Origin: Vicugna vicugna
Taxonomy: Eukaryota
DNA length: 64,000 nt
Assembly (NCBI GenBank): GCA_013265495.1
Contig: MU058824.1
Coordinates: 5,550,976 to 5,614,975 of the forward strand
Direction of reading: 5' to 3'
A program made the translations under genes and the position numbers. The notes under the pieces were generated by a model, which saw only the letters and a list, made by a program, of their open reading frames with translations, was not told where the DNA came from and searched no databases. This document shows, one piece after another, positions 13,595 to 25,635 of the stretch. How positions within the stretch are numbered: the first letter of the stretch is position 1; every line of letters starts with the position of its first letter.

Positions 13595-14225
13595 AAGTTT
13601 TACTCGTAATCGGGTATATTAAACTATGGTAGCAAACAACTTCTGAATGTCAGCAAGTTAACACAACAAAAGTTTTTTTCTTACTCAGAGTGTACGTACC
13701 ACATAGGTTGGTGTGAATCGGGCAGGGGAACAGATGTGCTCTGCAGAGTTTCTCAAGTGCTCAGGCTGACTGAAGTGCCCACACTTTATAGCTACACTTC
13801 CTAGAACATGTGGTCTCCTCAGCTCCCAGGCATCAGAGTAGGGAGAAAGAGCTGAAGAATTGTGCATGTGTTGAAGAGGTACGTGTTTCCTCCTCTCACA
13901 ACTCATTATCGAGAATGATTCGTCCAACAGAACTTTCTACTATAATGGAAATGTTCTATAATCTGCACTGTCCAATACAGTAGCCATCAGCCATGTGCAG
14001 CTAATAAAATGTGAACACTTGAAATGTGGCTAATATGACTGAGGAATTGAATTTTAAGTTTCGGGAAAAAACTAACTCAGTTTTCAATTAAGCCACATGT
14101 GGCTAGTAGCTGTGGTATGGGACAGCACAGGTCTAGTACTAGTCACCTAGTCTTGCCTGAATGCAGGGGAGCTGGGTGTCTAAGGGAGTAAATGAAATAT
14201 TCTGTAAGCAGTATTATCTCTGCCT
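13595..14225 (-). mobile_element. Old MaLR LTR (MLT1J/K/L-like) split by MER3
   Basis: AGCAAACAACTTCTGAATGTCAG...ACACAACAAAAGTTTTTTTCTTACTCA before the insert; GTACTAGTCACCTAGTC...GCAGGGGAGCTGGG after it. Confidence 0.7.
13912..14130. mobile_element. MER3 hAT-Charlie MITE
   Basis: GTCCAACAGAACTTTCTACTATAATGGAAATGTTCTATAATCTGCACTGTCCAATAC...CACTTGAAATGTGGCTA...AGCCACATGTGGCTAGTAGCT...GGACAGCACAG. Confidence 0.9.
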
Positions 14226-14429
14226 TCATTCCTTAAGCAAAACACTAACCCCACCCCCTACATTCCCACTGGGAATTCCATTGTGATTGCAGCAAAAGCA
14301 TATATTAATCTTTTCAATATAGAGTATTTCTTTTCAAGAACAAGGTAAAGCTTTCCATTAATCTTGGCATTCTTTTGTTTCTAAGCCATGTTTCTTGATT
14401 TTTTTTCATATAAATCCTATATATTTCTT

Positions 14430-14825
14430 TTAGAGCTGAATTTTGAGCTAGATAAACCCACATTGGAATTTTAGCTCTGTACTTAATGTTAAACCTCTAC
14501 GTACCTTTTTAAAGTGTTAGTTACCTCTTCTAGAAAATTAGGAGAATAATAGTACCTATTTACCCAGTGCTATTGAGTATCAATGCTGCTAATGTTAACG
14601 TTACTCTTATAACTTCTATTATGACTATTATCTTACTATTACTATTCCTTTCATGATAATAATTTTTATTATTATTAGGTAATAATCACTTTATGTGAAT
14701 AATATTGCATAGTTTACACAAGAACCAAATGAGGTTAATACATTAAAATCTGATAAGAATGAGGTGAGCACGGTGACTGGTCCATGTTAAAAAGTGCAGT
14801 ACATTTTGGCTGTTATTACTATTGC
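14430..14825 (+). mobile_element. MIR with an internal AT-rich low-complexity insert (about 14575-14715)
   Basis: AATAATAGTACCTATT...AAATGAGGTTAATACATTAAAA flank ACT/ATT-rich simple sequence. Confidence 0.55.
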
Positions 14826-14929
14826 TACTGTCAGTGTCGTCGTTGTCATCGTTGTCACATTGTCATCATCAATTGTGGTTGCCTTCTTAACATCCCTTAC
14901 ATCCTACCCAATTAAGAATGAGCAGGTTT

Positions 14930-15335
14930 GGGTGGGATTGCCCCCATCCCCAAACCCAGAGGTGGATAATTCTACCTATTGCTACAACGACAGGTTCAGG
15001 ATGGCCACATAATCCAGGCCAAACCCAATTAATACATGAAATGTCCTTAGTCACAATGACTTGTTGATAGGTTCATGGCCTAAGGTGATCCAATTAAAAA
15101 GAAGCCCAGAACTTTAGTTTAGTGGTTGGAGGAAGGGTGATCTTTCCTATTAGGACATAAAAGAAAACAAAAGACCAACAGATAGAAACAAGCTATTTGT
15201 TAACACTGTGCCACTGTATTGAACATCATTTGAAGTCTGCTTTACCTTTGTACATTCTGGATACATCAATCAACAAATTCTTTTTATTGTTTAAAGTTCT
15301 TTTTTCTTTCACCTACTATTAAATTCTGATTGAAA
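14930..15335 (+). mobile_element. Old MaLR LTR (MLT1I/J-like)
   Basis: TCACAATGACTTGTTGATAG...TACATCAATCAACAAATTCTTTTTATTGTTTAAAG 3' end pattern. Confidence 0.55.
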
Positions 15336-15909
15336 TAATGATAATTCCTCTCAGAATTCCTTAAATATACTAATTGGGCATATTCAGTGCATTGCAGAGT
15401 TATATACAATGATTCTATAATCTCTTTGTAATTGAACATCTTACCAAATTCTTTTTGTGTTACTTTTTTGGATGCTTCTTTTGGGGTTTTCTAGAAATAT
15501 AATAATGTAATTTGGGAATAATACAAAATTTGTGGTCTCTTCTCCAAAATTAAATAACATTTTCTTTTTCTTATTTAATTGCATTGGCTAGAAATGCCAT
15601 AAAAATGTGAAATAATAGTAGCAAATATTATTCCCTTATTTTTGCTTTTAGTAAACTTTTTTCAGGGTATATCAACTTAAAGAAATATTTTTAGCTTCCT
15701 ATTTTGTTAGAATTTATAATAGCAGGGCCAGAAAAAATATAATTTCTTCAAAGACGACTAACCAGAAAATAATAACAAAGAAACATAAAACTTCCTATAG
15801 CTAAAAGACAGCAGAATGAGATGTAAAGGGAACTGAAAAGAGAGGGAGAAGTAAAGAAAATTGTTGCATTGCACAACTTCTTCAGAGTGAATTAGAAGCA
15901 ATACAGGAT

Positions 15910-16279
15910 TGCTAAAAGATAATCTGAGACGTACTGAAAATTTTAAGGAGTCATTTGAACATTTTTCAGTTTGAATTGGGCAGTGCCAAACTGGAAGTGG
16001 TTAGGAGCACTCCACTGACAGGAGATCCAGGAGGGACTTTGATAGACAAGAGGCAGAAGCAAAGCAAAGCAAAGCAAAGCAAAGCAAAGCAATTACTGAT
16101 TGGCTACAGCTTAAAGCCTAGGCGGCTGTTTGTGATTAGCTGTCTTTAGGCTTCAATTTTGTAACCTTGAGGCCTTTACTGGCTTAGAATTTTGGTTTGC
16201 TTATGTAGGCATCATGGCATTAAAGCTACCTCTATTTAATGACCTCCTTGTTTTAAATTAAATTAAAATTAATTTAATA
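15910..16279 (-). mobile_element. ERV1-class solo LTR (MER41-like laurasiatherian family) with 4-bp TSD
   Basis: TG...TA (decayed CA) termini with GGAT at 15906-15909 and 16280-16283. Body GGGCAGTGCCAAACTGGAAGTGGTTAGGAGCACTCC...GATTGGCTACAGCTTAAAGCCTAG. It lies inside an A-rich L1 ORF1-like relic. Confidence 0.8.
16061..16090 (+). repeat. (AAAGC)6 microsatellite inside the solo LTR
   Basis: Perfect pentamer array. Confidence 0.95.
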
Positions 16280-17589
16280 GGATCTCTATATGGCAGAAAT
16301 GTAAATCAGCAAAGGGGGGACACACAACAGAATCTGAAAGAAAAGCAGGAAGAAGATAAAAGAAATACAAGAAATTTTGGAGGAAATTATAGATTATAAC
16401 AAACAAAATGTAAAAATCTAACGTGTATTTGGTGTGTCTGCAAAAGAAAACAAAGACCAATTATGGACCCAAAATAATTTCAAAAATATAAGAGAAAAAG
16501 GATTGCTTTAATGATGGGGGAATGACTCTTCAGATAAAAATGCTTATAAGATATAAGAAATAACGATAATATAGTTATATAAAAAAATAAAACCTGTGGA
16601 ACGAGATGTTGAAGTTTTATTTAACAGAAAAAATATTCTGTCATTCTGATTGGCTTTGTTCCACTACTCCTGAATTGGTTGGCAATTCTGGTAATGATTT
16701 GAGTTAGAATGAGTCCCCAAAGCCTTTGAGCTTTTCATTTTGTGCTTGAGCTTTTCAGTCACCCCTGGTATGCAGCTGCAAATTACATTCTTTTCCAGAC
16801 TCCGCCCTTCAGCTAAAAACCCAATTGTGAGGAATGAAATAGGGCACAGTGTCTGCTGTGGGTTTTTTTCTCCTTCCCTCTCTTAACTGCCAATTGAGAC
16901 AAGGGCTGGCGGAAACTCTAAGTTGGTTTTTCTCCATCTGGTATGCAGCCTCTATGCAGTAATAGGCTCAGCCCCCATCCCACCCCAGTTGAATCTCTGC
17001 CCTGGAGTCTGAAGGCAAACAGGTAAATGTGAAACACAAAAAGGGCTTCCTTCCTCATTTGTGCCCTGCTCCACTGCACTATGTGACAAAGCGGGAAAGG
17101 TCTGTGATGGTTCTGGAGTTCCTTCATCATTTGGTCCAATTTGTATTGAAATAAGCTAATGTTCTCTAAAGTTGTGCAGGAGGATGGGGTCATTATGAGT
17201 TTCTGCATGAATGAAGTTTGTTTCTGCCTTTTCTCTATGTCCCACTTTCTCACTTGTTGTCCTATAGGACATGAGAGGATATTTTAAAAATATGTATTTA
17301 TATTTGTAAATATTTTCCTTTTGTCTTATTCCTTAATCCTATCACAAATTATATCTTTTTTATTCCCCCCACCTTGGTCCAGTACCTAATCTAGACCCTC
17401 TACAGAAGAATGCTCAGGGTGCTCTTCCGTCTGATACACGTCCCGCTATGTTTCTGTAGTCCTGTGCTCTGTACAGAGAACGGTGAATAAAGTGCTCTGT
17501 GTTCCCATTTGATTTGAAGATGTCTACAATATTTCAAAGCATACATCAAGAGCCCTAGCACAGTGCATCAGGCAGGAAAACAGAGTCTA

Positions 17590-18040
17590 TACCAGGTGGT
17601 TTATTAGATGGACATTACCACGGGGAACTTGTAACAGAAGTCTTTGAATTGATGGCAGAGCCAACAGGCGGGAACGGCAACTGCAGGGAATTGCTCTCAC
17701 TGCTAGAGATGGGAAGACAGAGATGGTGGCAGTGGTGTTATCAGAATCTGGGAGCCGGCAAAGCTCATGTGTGGAGAGCTGGAAACGCATGTGTACAGCT
17801 CAGGAGAAGCAGGGACCATGGAGGAGACACAGCCACCTCTGGATACAGTGCCCAAGGCAGAGTGAGAGAGAAGCACCCTGGCATTTTTCTTCCTCTCTTG
17901 CATATACCTCCCGCTGTTGTCTCCCATTGGCTGGACCCAACTGAAAATGTAATTTTGAGGTATTAGCCCCCTAGAGTTCAGACCAGAGCAGGGAAAGACA
18001 GAGAATGGATCTGAGGGAAAAGAGAGGCAAATGTGACACA
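17590..18040 (-). mobile_element. ERVL LTR (LTR41/LTR40-like)
   Basis: CTCCCATTGGCTGGACCCAACTG...CAGAGCAGGGAAAGACAGAGAATGGATCTGAGGG. Confidence 0.7.
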
Positions 18041-21000
18041 TAAAAAGGACTCTGTGTAAACACAAAAGGCTCACAAAAATTTGAGGAAAATTAAAAACGA
18101 AAGAGCCAGTCTTGCTTAGATCAAGGGACTTGAGTGCTATGCTGTGGGAGCTACAGGACATGAAAGAAGATGATGCTTCTTTCATGAAGCTACCCCACCT
18201 TCTCTTTGAAGCTTGAAATCCCTTTCATAGGAAATGAAACTTTGGTTCCTCAGATACTAAGCAAAGTACCACATACTCTCTCCTGGAGCGAGAACTCCTC
18301 TATCTTTTCCATTCTTTCTGTTCCTTTCTGCCTAGAAAAACTGGTGCCTATTTTTCAACAGACACTGCTCTAAGCTCCAGAGATTGAAAAAAACTTGAAC
18401 AATGTGCTGTGAGACCAAAGAGGAAGGGATGTTCCATATAGTGAATGGTGTTCTGTACAATGAAGGGTTAACTCTATATAGTGATAACTGATGCAGGGGC
18501 GTTTTAGTTGAGTCTTGAAGAACAAATTGGAATTAATCAGTTGAAGTAGGGAAGAGAAGATAATAGGATGTAGAAAGACTGATGTATCATCAGAGCATGG
18601 TGAGGAATTCTGGGGGCCTACTGCATATAAAGGAGAGGAACAAAATCTAAACCTTATTAATGCGGCACTGGCCTTCCATGACCTATTCTACATAGCGCCA
18701 CACGTATACTCACGGTACGCATTATTTTTCAGTTCCAGTACATTCGCCAAAGGAGTCTACACACACCTTGGTGCACAGGGCCTCTGACATCTGTTTCTAA
18801 GTGACCAATGAATGTGTTGTGAAATAAATCCCTCTGCAGCAGTTTGTCATTGATGGGCAGCATGTTTTCCATGGCGAGGGCACAGGGAACTGGCAGAGGG
18901 TAGGAAGGGAGATTATGAAACAGGGAAAGGGACACAGGACAGGGAAGCTGACAGCACTGATACTTCACAGTTCAATGTGTGACCGTAGAACAACCCTGTG
19001 ATCAGACCAAAGATGGCGTGCACCTGAAGCAGCAGGGCATCAGGCTGTGAACTTCCACTTGGTTGTACACCCTCTGATGACCCTTTCAGAGTTCTGTCTG
19101 AGTCTGTGAGGGCTGGCCTAGGGAAGAGCGTCTGCCTGCAAAGATGGTGTGATATTTTGGATCTTTCCATACTGGGGAATATAACTAGGTGGGCAGATAT
19201 GTAACAAAATAGGGTGAATAAAAATATTCTGGGTTTCCTCCTACTCCCCCAAGTGCCTCTTCTTGGGTTTCATTGTTGCACCATTTTCCTCCAGTCCTCC
19301 TAAATGTGGGTACATGACAATGAAGCAGATCAGGGTAGTACTTTTGGCACAGTGAAGAGAACAGGTTGAATTTTAGGGCGAAGTTTCTTAATCCAAGCAG
19401 ATTTTCTCCTGGGATACTAGGGTTCAGAAACTTTAGGCTGTGGCGTGGCTTGAGGTCTGTAATGCTTTTGTGCCCATATATAGTCCTGCATCCAGAGATC
19501 AGCATCTCTCACTGATAATATTAAACCGATGTAATGAATAGAGCACCTCAGGGTACCTCAGGGTACATATTTTGTACTGTTTATCAAAAGCTTTAATATC
19601 TTTTTATATTAACTAGAAATTAGCTGAAAAATTTTTGTACATATTATTATAAGAAAATGACTTACTGCCACCCCATGTATTTCTTGCTGATTTCTAGTGG
19701 CCTCTAACACTAAACAAAGATGCCTAAAGAACACTGAGAAAAAGAAAATTCCAAACATGCATCAATAACCATTTCATGAATGAACCATTTCTTCCTCTCG
19801 TGTTATTACGTAGTTTCCCCACGTGTCCAAGAGGTTGAAATTTGTGTGAACCGTTTTTTTCCCACATGAGGGCATCAGTGCTCTAAGCAGGTTTAGAATT
19901 CACCATCCTATGTTTGACTTTAAGAGCTCTATTTTGAGAAAATGAAGACACTTTATGAGCCTCATACATCTTAGACTATATAAAATTAACATTTTGTGTA
20001 TCTTCCTGGAAAAAGTCATTCATTCTTTGATCATTTAGCAGTGTAACTGTACCTTCTTACATGGGGTTGGGGGCAGAAAAGATGACACATCTGTGACATG
20101 GCCACTCCCTGTGCCAATTTATACCTTCACAGGCAACTAGGGTCAATTAGTTTCTGTTATATTAAAATGACTTGTAGAATTTAGATGAGCAGTAATACTA
20201 TAACACATGTTCATTTGCAATGAAAATTAATCCATTTAAAAACTCTCCGTATGTGTGTTCATATTCCACAGATTTATTTTCACAGCCTAGGATACTGTCA
20301 TCACACATTACCCTTGGTTAATTCTAAATTTAACACTTTTAGTTGAGAGTAGTTCCAGGTAATTATATAGATAAAACTAATATAGATAGGTCCCAGGTAT
20401 ATTACTCACAGTCTAGTTATTGGCATAAGGACTAAGAGTTTGTCAGTGAGAACTTTCAGTGGCTTGACTTTTCCTTACCAATTAATAAATTAATCATCTC
20501 CGCACTGAAGTCATTCAGAATAAGCCCTGACCTGCTTTTCTAGCCTTATCTCTGCTGACTCCCATCTCAAGTGGTGAGTAAGGTCCAAAAGAACTGATCA
20601 TTCACACAGCTTTCAGCACAGGGCAAAGGTATCCCTAACTTGATTGCCTTTTCTCATTCTGTCCATTCTGCCTAAAATAGCATCCTTAGCCCCCATCTGA
20701 ATCTGTAGAATCCTGGCTCCCTTTTGAGGTCCATGATGCAGCCCAGATCCTCTGATTCTCATTCTGACTTCACCTTACCCATCGCCCAGGGAGTGGTCTC
20801 TAATTGGAACACTGGGCATGTTGTGGCACACTGTCTTTGATTCATTGTCATGAGTTGGCCCCATTTCATTATTCACAAATGTACCTGATGTCCCCCTAAC
20901 ATCTTATTGCAGAATGATACTGGACCATCTTTTTGTTCCTTTAAGGCAAAAGTACTTAGCTTTTTACTCAAAAAGGTGGAACAACAAGTTCCCTTCTGGG

Positions 21001-21067
21001 ATTTTTGTGAAGTCTTTCTCTTGTCTCTTCCATGAGTCTGCCCCTTCCTGCACTGTCCAATATTTTC

Positions 21068-21432
21068 TGTATGATGTGGCTTTGTAACTTTTTTTGTGGC
21101 TTTAACAACAGAAATGCATTTTCTCACAGTTCTGGAATCTGAAGTCCAAAATCAAGGTGTCAGCAAGGCTGATTTCTTCTAAGGACTCTCTCCTTGGTTT
21201 GCAGACGTCCACCTTCTTGCTGTGTCCCCAGATGGTCCTCTCCGGGTCTATGTATGCACATGAACGTGTCCAAATTTCCTCTTCTTACAAAGACAGCAGT
21301 CACATTAGATTAGGACCCACCCATATGACTTCATTTTAACTTAATTACTTCTTTAAAGGCCCTATCTCCAGATACAGTCACAGTCTGAGATACTAGGGAT
21401 TAGCGCTTCAACATGTGGATTTGGGGAGGGGG
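21068..21432 (-). mobile_element. MaLR solo LTR (MLT1B-like)
   Basis: AACAACAGAAATGCATTTTCTCACAGTTCTGGA...AAGTCCAAAATCAAGGTGTCAGCAAGG...GGACCCACCCATATGACTTCATTTTAACTTAATTAC...ATACAGTCACA. Confidence 0.92.
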
Positions 21433-22169
21433 GCACTTTTCAGCTCGTAAAACCATGTCACTCAATTTTGTTTCCTTTTTGTATGTTTGAATGCCTCTTT
21501 TATGGAAGTTTTTCTCAAACTGAAATCCTACTATATTAACCTGTGTCTCTCATGCTACCAGTTCCCAGAGGGCTTTAGGGAAGAACGAAAATGGTTTGCA
21601 AACAAAAATGAATAGAACACCATTCCTTTAAAAGGCTCTGTCCTTTCCAAGCTGCTCGTTGGTGCCATCAGTGAGTGTGGACTTGAGTGGAGAGAGACTA
21701 GGTGAGAGACCACAACCTGTGGCAGCCTATGGAGAAGGGGATGAAGTGTGACTTGGATCAGTGTCAGGGAAGGGGAGGAGCGATGTTACAGAGGGATGCT
21801 CGAGTTGGAATCCATACACCTTGATGAACGATGGGGAAGAAAGGGAGGAGTTCTGTCATGACGTAGTGTGTCATATGGTTCAGCAGATTTATAATTACAG
21901 ATCTCAGAGAAAAATTATGCAGTATGTCCTCCTTTTGACCCATCATGTCAGGAAATACCCATTCTCCATGCCCCCTGGGAAGGTGTCAAAATCTATCTTC
22001 CAACTTTCATGAGCTTTGATAAGTAAATGTATTTGTATCTGTAACATTGTCTCCTTGTCCTCCAGTGATCCTCATGGAATGTCTTTCCTGAAGAGATGGT
22101 GGTGGGAAAAATTTGACACAGGACACAGCAGGGCTCCGTATGGTTATCACTCTGGTGCTTTTCATTCTG

Positions 22170-22490
22170 TCGTGTAGATCCAGCCAATATAATTATCCTT
22201 CAGTGGAAGGACTTCCTTTAACATTTCTTGCAGTGCAAGTTTGCTAGTGATGGATTCATTTATACCTCTGCAATAGAACTGAAGGGTCCAACCAGCTTTT
22301 AACTGTTGACTTTATGGATTCCTCTGTGGGGATGAATTTGTTCACTTTTTGTACATCTGCAAAAATCTTTATTTCATGTTTGTTTTTTGAAATATATTTT
22401 GTCTGGGTATAGAAGTTAGAGTTGACGATCTTTCCAGTACTTTAAAATTTTTGCTTCACTGACTTCTAGCTTCTGTTGTTTCCAAATGGG
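22170..22490 (-). mobile_element. Old L1 internal fragment
   Basis: GAAGGACTTCCTTTAACATTTCTTGCAGTGCAAG...TTTTTGAAATATATTTTGTCTGGGTATAGAA. Confidence 0.8.
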
Positions 22491-23069
22491 GCTCTGTAAA
22501 CTGTAACATCCTCTTTGAGAGTCAAAATTAGCAGATTTTGCTTTAAGTGAATGGTATAGCCTTAGCTTGCTCAGCCCTGGAGATGTGAGGTCCGTTCCCT
22601 CTAATTCCTTCTTGTAACATTTCTATCATGTGGCTGGAGTAGGGGTGTTAGAAATCGCACCTCTAGACTTTATTGCTATGAGAGTTTTGAACCTATGATT
22701 TTTCTCTTCTCTTTGCTGGTGTATGGTTTTCCTTTGTAATCTAGAAATTATGACAATTGTTTTTTACCAGAAGATAGTAAGAATAGCAACGGTTTCTGGA
22801 GTCCCTCAAGTCCTTTACTACATACCCTGCTTAGAACTATAATAATGACTCCTTCCCTTCGTAACTTTATAGTTCGGTCAGCAAATGATTATTGTGTACC
22901 TACTGGGTGCCAGGTCCCAAATGTTCTTGTCTGTAGGAAGCTTACATCACCAAAACTCCTTTCGTGAAGTCTAAATTTAACCTTTGCCGGAATGTTCCTT
23001 TCTGGTAAAATATGTTATTCAGTCCTGGAAGAACAACTCTTTGAAATAGTGACTCTATTTGGAAAAATA

Positions 23070-23272
23070 AACACACACAGAAATCACACATACATGTGTG
23101 TGTGTATATGTATGCACACACACATATACACAAAGTAATGTATGTGTATACACGTATACATATATAATATACACGATGCATACATACACACATGCATGTG
23201 TGTGTATATCTGTGTGTGTATACATATACATGTGTATAGGTGTATACATATTTGTGCGTATATTATATATAC
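23070..23272. repeat. Compound (CA/TG/TA)n alternating purine-pyrimidine tract
   Basis: About 200 bp of ACAC/TGTG/TATA units, read directly. Confidence 0.95.
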
Positions 23273-25221
23273 AATTTTTTTAAGTGAATAGAAATTTTTG
23301 AAAAAATAGTTTTAATTTCTTGTTAAAAGTAACAGATATGGATGGTTAAGCCAATCGAATCTTCTACCATTTCTACCATTTAAGGTCTGAGACTGGTTAT
23401 CCTGCTCAGTACTCTATTCTGAACACCTTTTGTGTGGCATCAAAGACTTCTTTAGTTTTATTCCAGCTTCATGTATTTTCTGATTCAATGTGACTGAGTT
23501 TTCTAAGAACTTTTCCTCCTTCCTTTTGAAGCTTTGAAAGATTTTGAAAAATGCTTTGGTCTATTCAGGAATAGTCATGCAGAACAATGAACTGTCTTTG
23601 TTTTATGGCTGAACAGCTTCCCTTCTTGGAGCACCTCAAGGGGAGCACATGTAACTGATGCCATCATCAACCCGTCTCATTTCTTTTCCTCCTCCTCTCT
23701 CTGCTAGTAAATGTCACAAGTTTGAGTATTTCCCAAATAACCTGGTGGTTTTATTTTCCTAAAAATGCTCATGGGTCTTTAAAAAGTGGGCAAAAGTGAG
23801 AAACAAGATATAGCAGCCAAATGTTACATACGTGGTCCTTATTGCATCCTGCTATGTTTTTCATTTCCCCAATTGATTCTTTAGCTTAGCTAGAATTTAG
23901 GTCTGTCAGCAAACAGTGAACTTCAAGAATTCCAAGTTCATGGGCAAGACATTCATCCTCAGTACAAAATAACAAAGATGTATTTATGTGATGCCTGAAC
24001 CCTGAATTTATGTGGTAGCTGTAGTGGAGGGATAACTACAGCCTGGGGTTAGGTTTACACTGGTTGAGACCAAATAACTGAGCAAATTCTCAGTACAACT
24101 AATGCAAAATTCTTTTCACCTCTGTCTTAATTACCATTCTAACTAGGTTGTTACTATCAATTATTATAATACTTATCTCTTCTTTCCTCTTTGCTCTGTC
24201 ATTGAGAACTGACCTTCAAGTTGTGTGGTTTTCTTTTCTGTACTTTGTTTATCTGACCTATTTGTTCACAATGAACTGATGCTTCCAACATAGTTCACTT
24301 TTAAGGGACGTGTCTCCTTTCCTTCTCCACCTCACTGCTCATTTGCTTAATAATTTCTATACTTTGTTTCCTGCTATCTGTTTTGGTTTCCCAAAGCCAT
24401 TTTTTTCTTTTTATATTATTTTCTCCTGAAGCTATTTTTTCCCCTCTTTTCTTCCTGAACTTTCAGTCTTCCTTTCATCCCTTGTCTTATTTTCTTCACT
24501 TTCTGCCCTTATCTGCTAGTCTGAACCTCAGTTCAAAGGCCTCTTGCCTGGATATAGTGTTCCATTTATTTGTCCATATGTTGGTCTATAAAAATGTAGA
24601 AGAGGAAAGAAAAAATGCTGTTTCCACCATTAACAATATTTACTCTTCAAAAATCTCAAATAATCAAGAACTTAAAGACTCATGAGGGTCTCTGAATCAA
24701 CAGGCCATAGACAAGAAAAATTTATACACGTGATAGGCTGTGTTTTTGTAAAAGATACATTATTCAGTTCTTGCTGGTGACACTAGTGAATTTGTTTCTT
24801 AACTCTGGCCAGGAGGTCCCCTTCCACTGTATAAATATTAGAAAATTAATTAGTTTATTTCAGCAGAGGCAGCTGGCAGTTCATCTTACAGCTGTCTTAG
24901 CACGACTTTTTTGCCCAATATGCTTTGTTGACGCAAGATCGAAGGCAGGCCACATAAGACATTATCTACAGATAATGATTACTGGAGGCCTGGCCATGCT
25001 TAAATAGTGGGGGATGGGAGTTTCATTCTTGTAGCTTCAAAAATCCCCCAAGTTCAAGAGAACGTAGAATACATAGAAAGCAAGGATGCTGTATCATAAC
25101 CATGTGAATGAGTATATATCCTGGTTAGCAGCACTAAGTTTGATGGGGAACAGTATGTACTAAGAGTTGATAAAGAGTCTACTATGGCTACTCACTGTAT
25201 CAAAGATTTGGGATACATGTG

Positions 25222-25635
25222 TGCATCAGTCAGGATGAGTTGAGTTATGCAAAAATAACAGATAACCTCAAAATCTTAGTAACATAAATGAACATAGGTT
25301 TATATAGCATTCATTCTGTGTGTCCATCATAGACCTGTGGAGGGCTTTGCTCATTGTATTTTGTAGTCCCTCAGGCTGGCCCTCTCGAGTCATCAGGTAG
25401 GCACCATCTTCAGTGTTGCCATTCACTGAAGGAAAAAGACCTTGTCATGTATCAAATCAGCAGCTAAATACTGTCCTGAAAGTGACTCTCATCACATCTA
25501 TTGATGATTCATTGGTCAGATGGTCACATGGGCCCACTCTACACACAAGGTGTCAGGAAGTTCAATCCCACCATGTGCCCAGAGAGGCAAATATATGGTC
25601 ATATGAGGTGAATAGCAGCAACAATTATCACAAGC
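25222..25635 (-). mobile_element. Old MaLR LTR (MLT1J/K-like)
   Basis: TCAGTCAGGATGAGTTGAGTTATGC...ATAACCTCAAAATCTTAGT...CATTGGTCAGATGGTCACATGGGCCCAC. Confidence 0.75.

Noticed and set aside
14794..15012. Hydrophobic signal- or TM-like 72-aa ORF
   Set aside because: It arises from GTC/GTT/ATT low-complexity sequence at the end of a MIR.
17587..18185. Overlapping ORFs up to 160 aa
   Set aside because: They lie largely in an LTR41-like element and resemble no protein family.
22942..23283. Cys/Val/Tyr/His/Thr-rich ORFs
   Set aside because: They are translations of the dinucleotide repeat tract.
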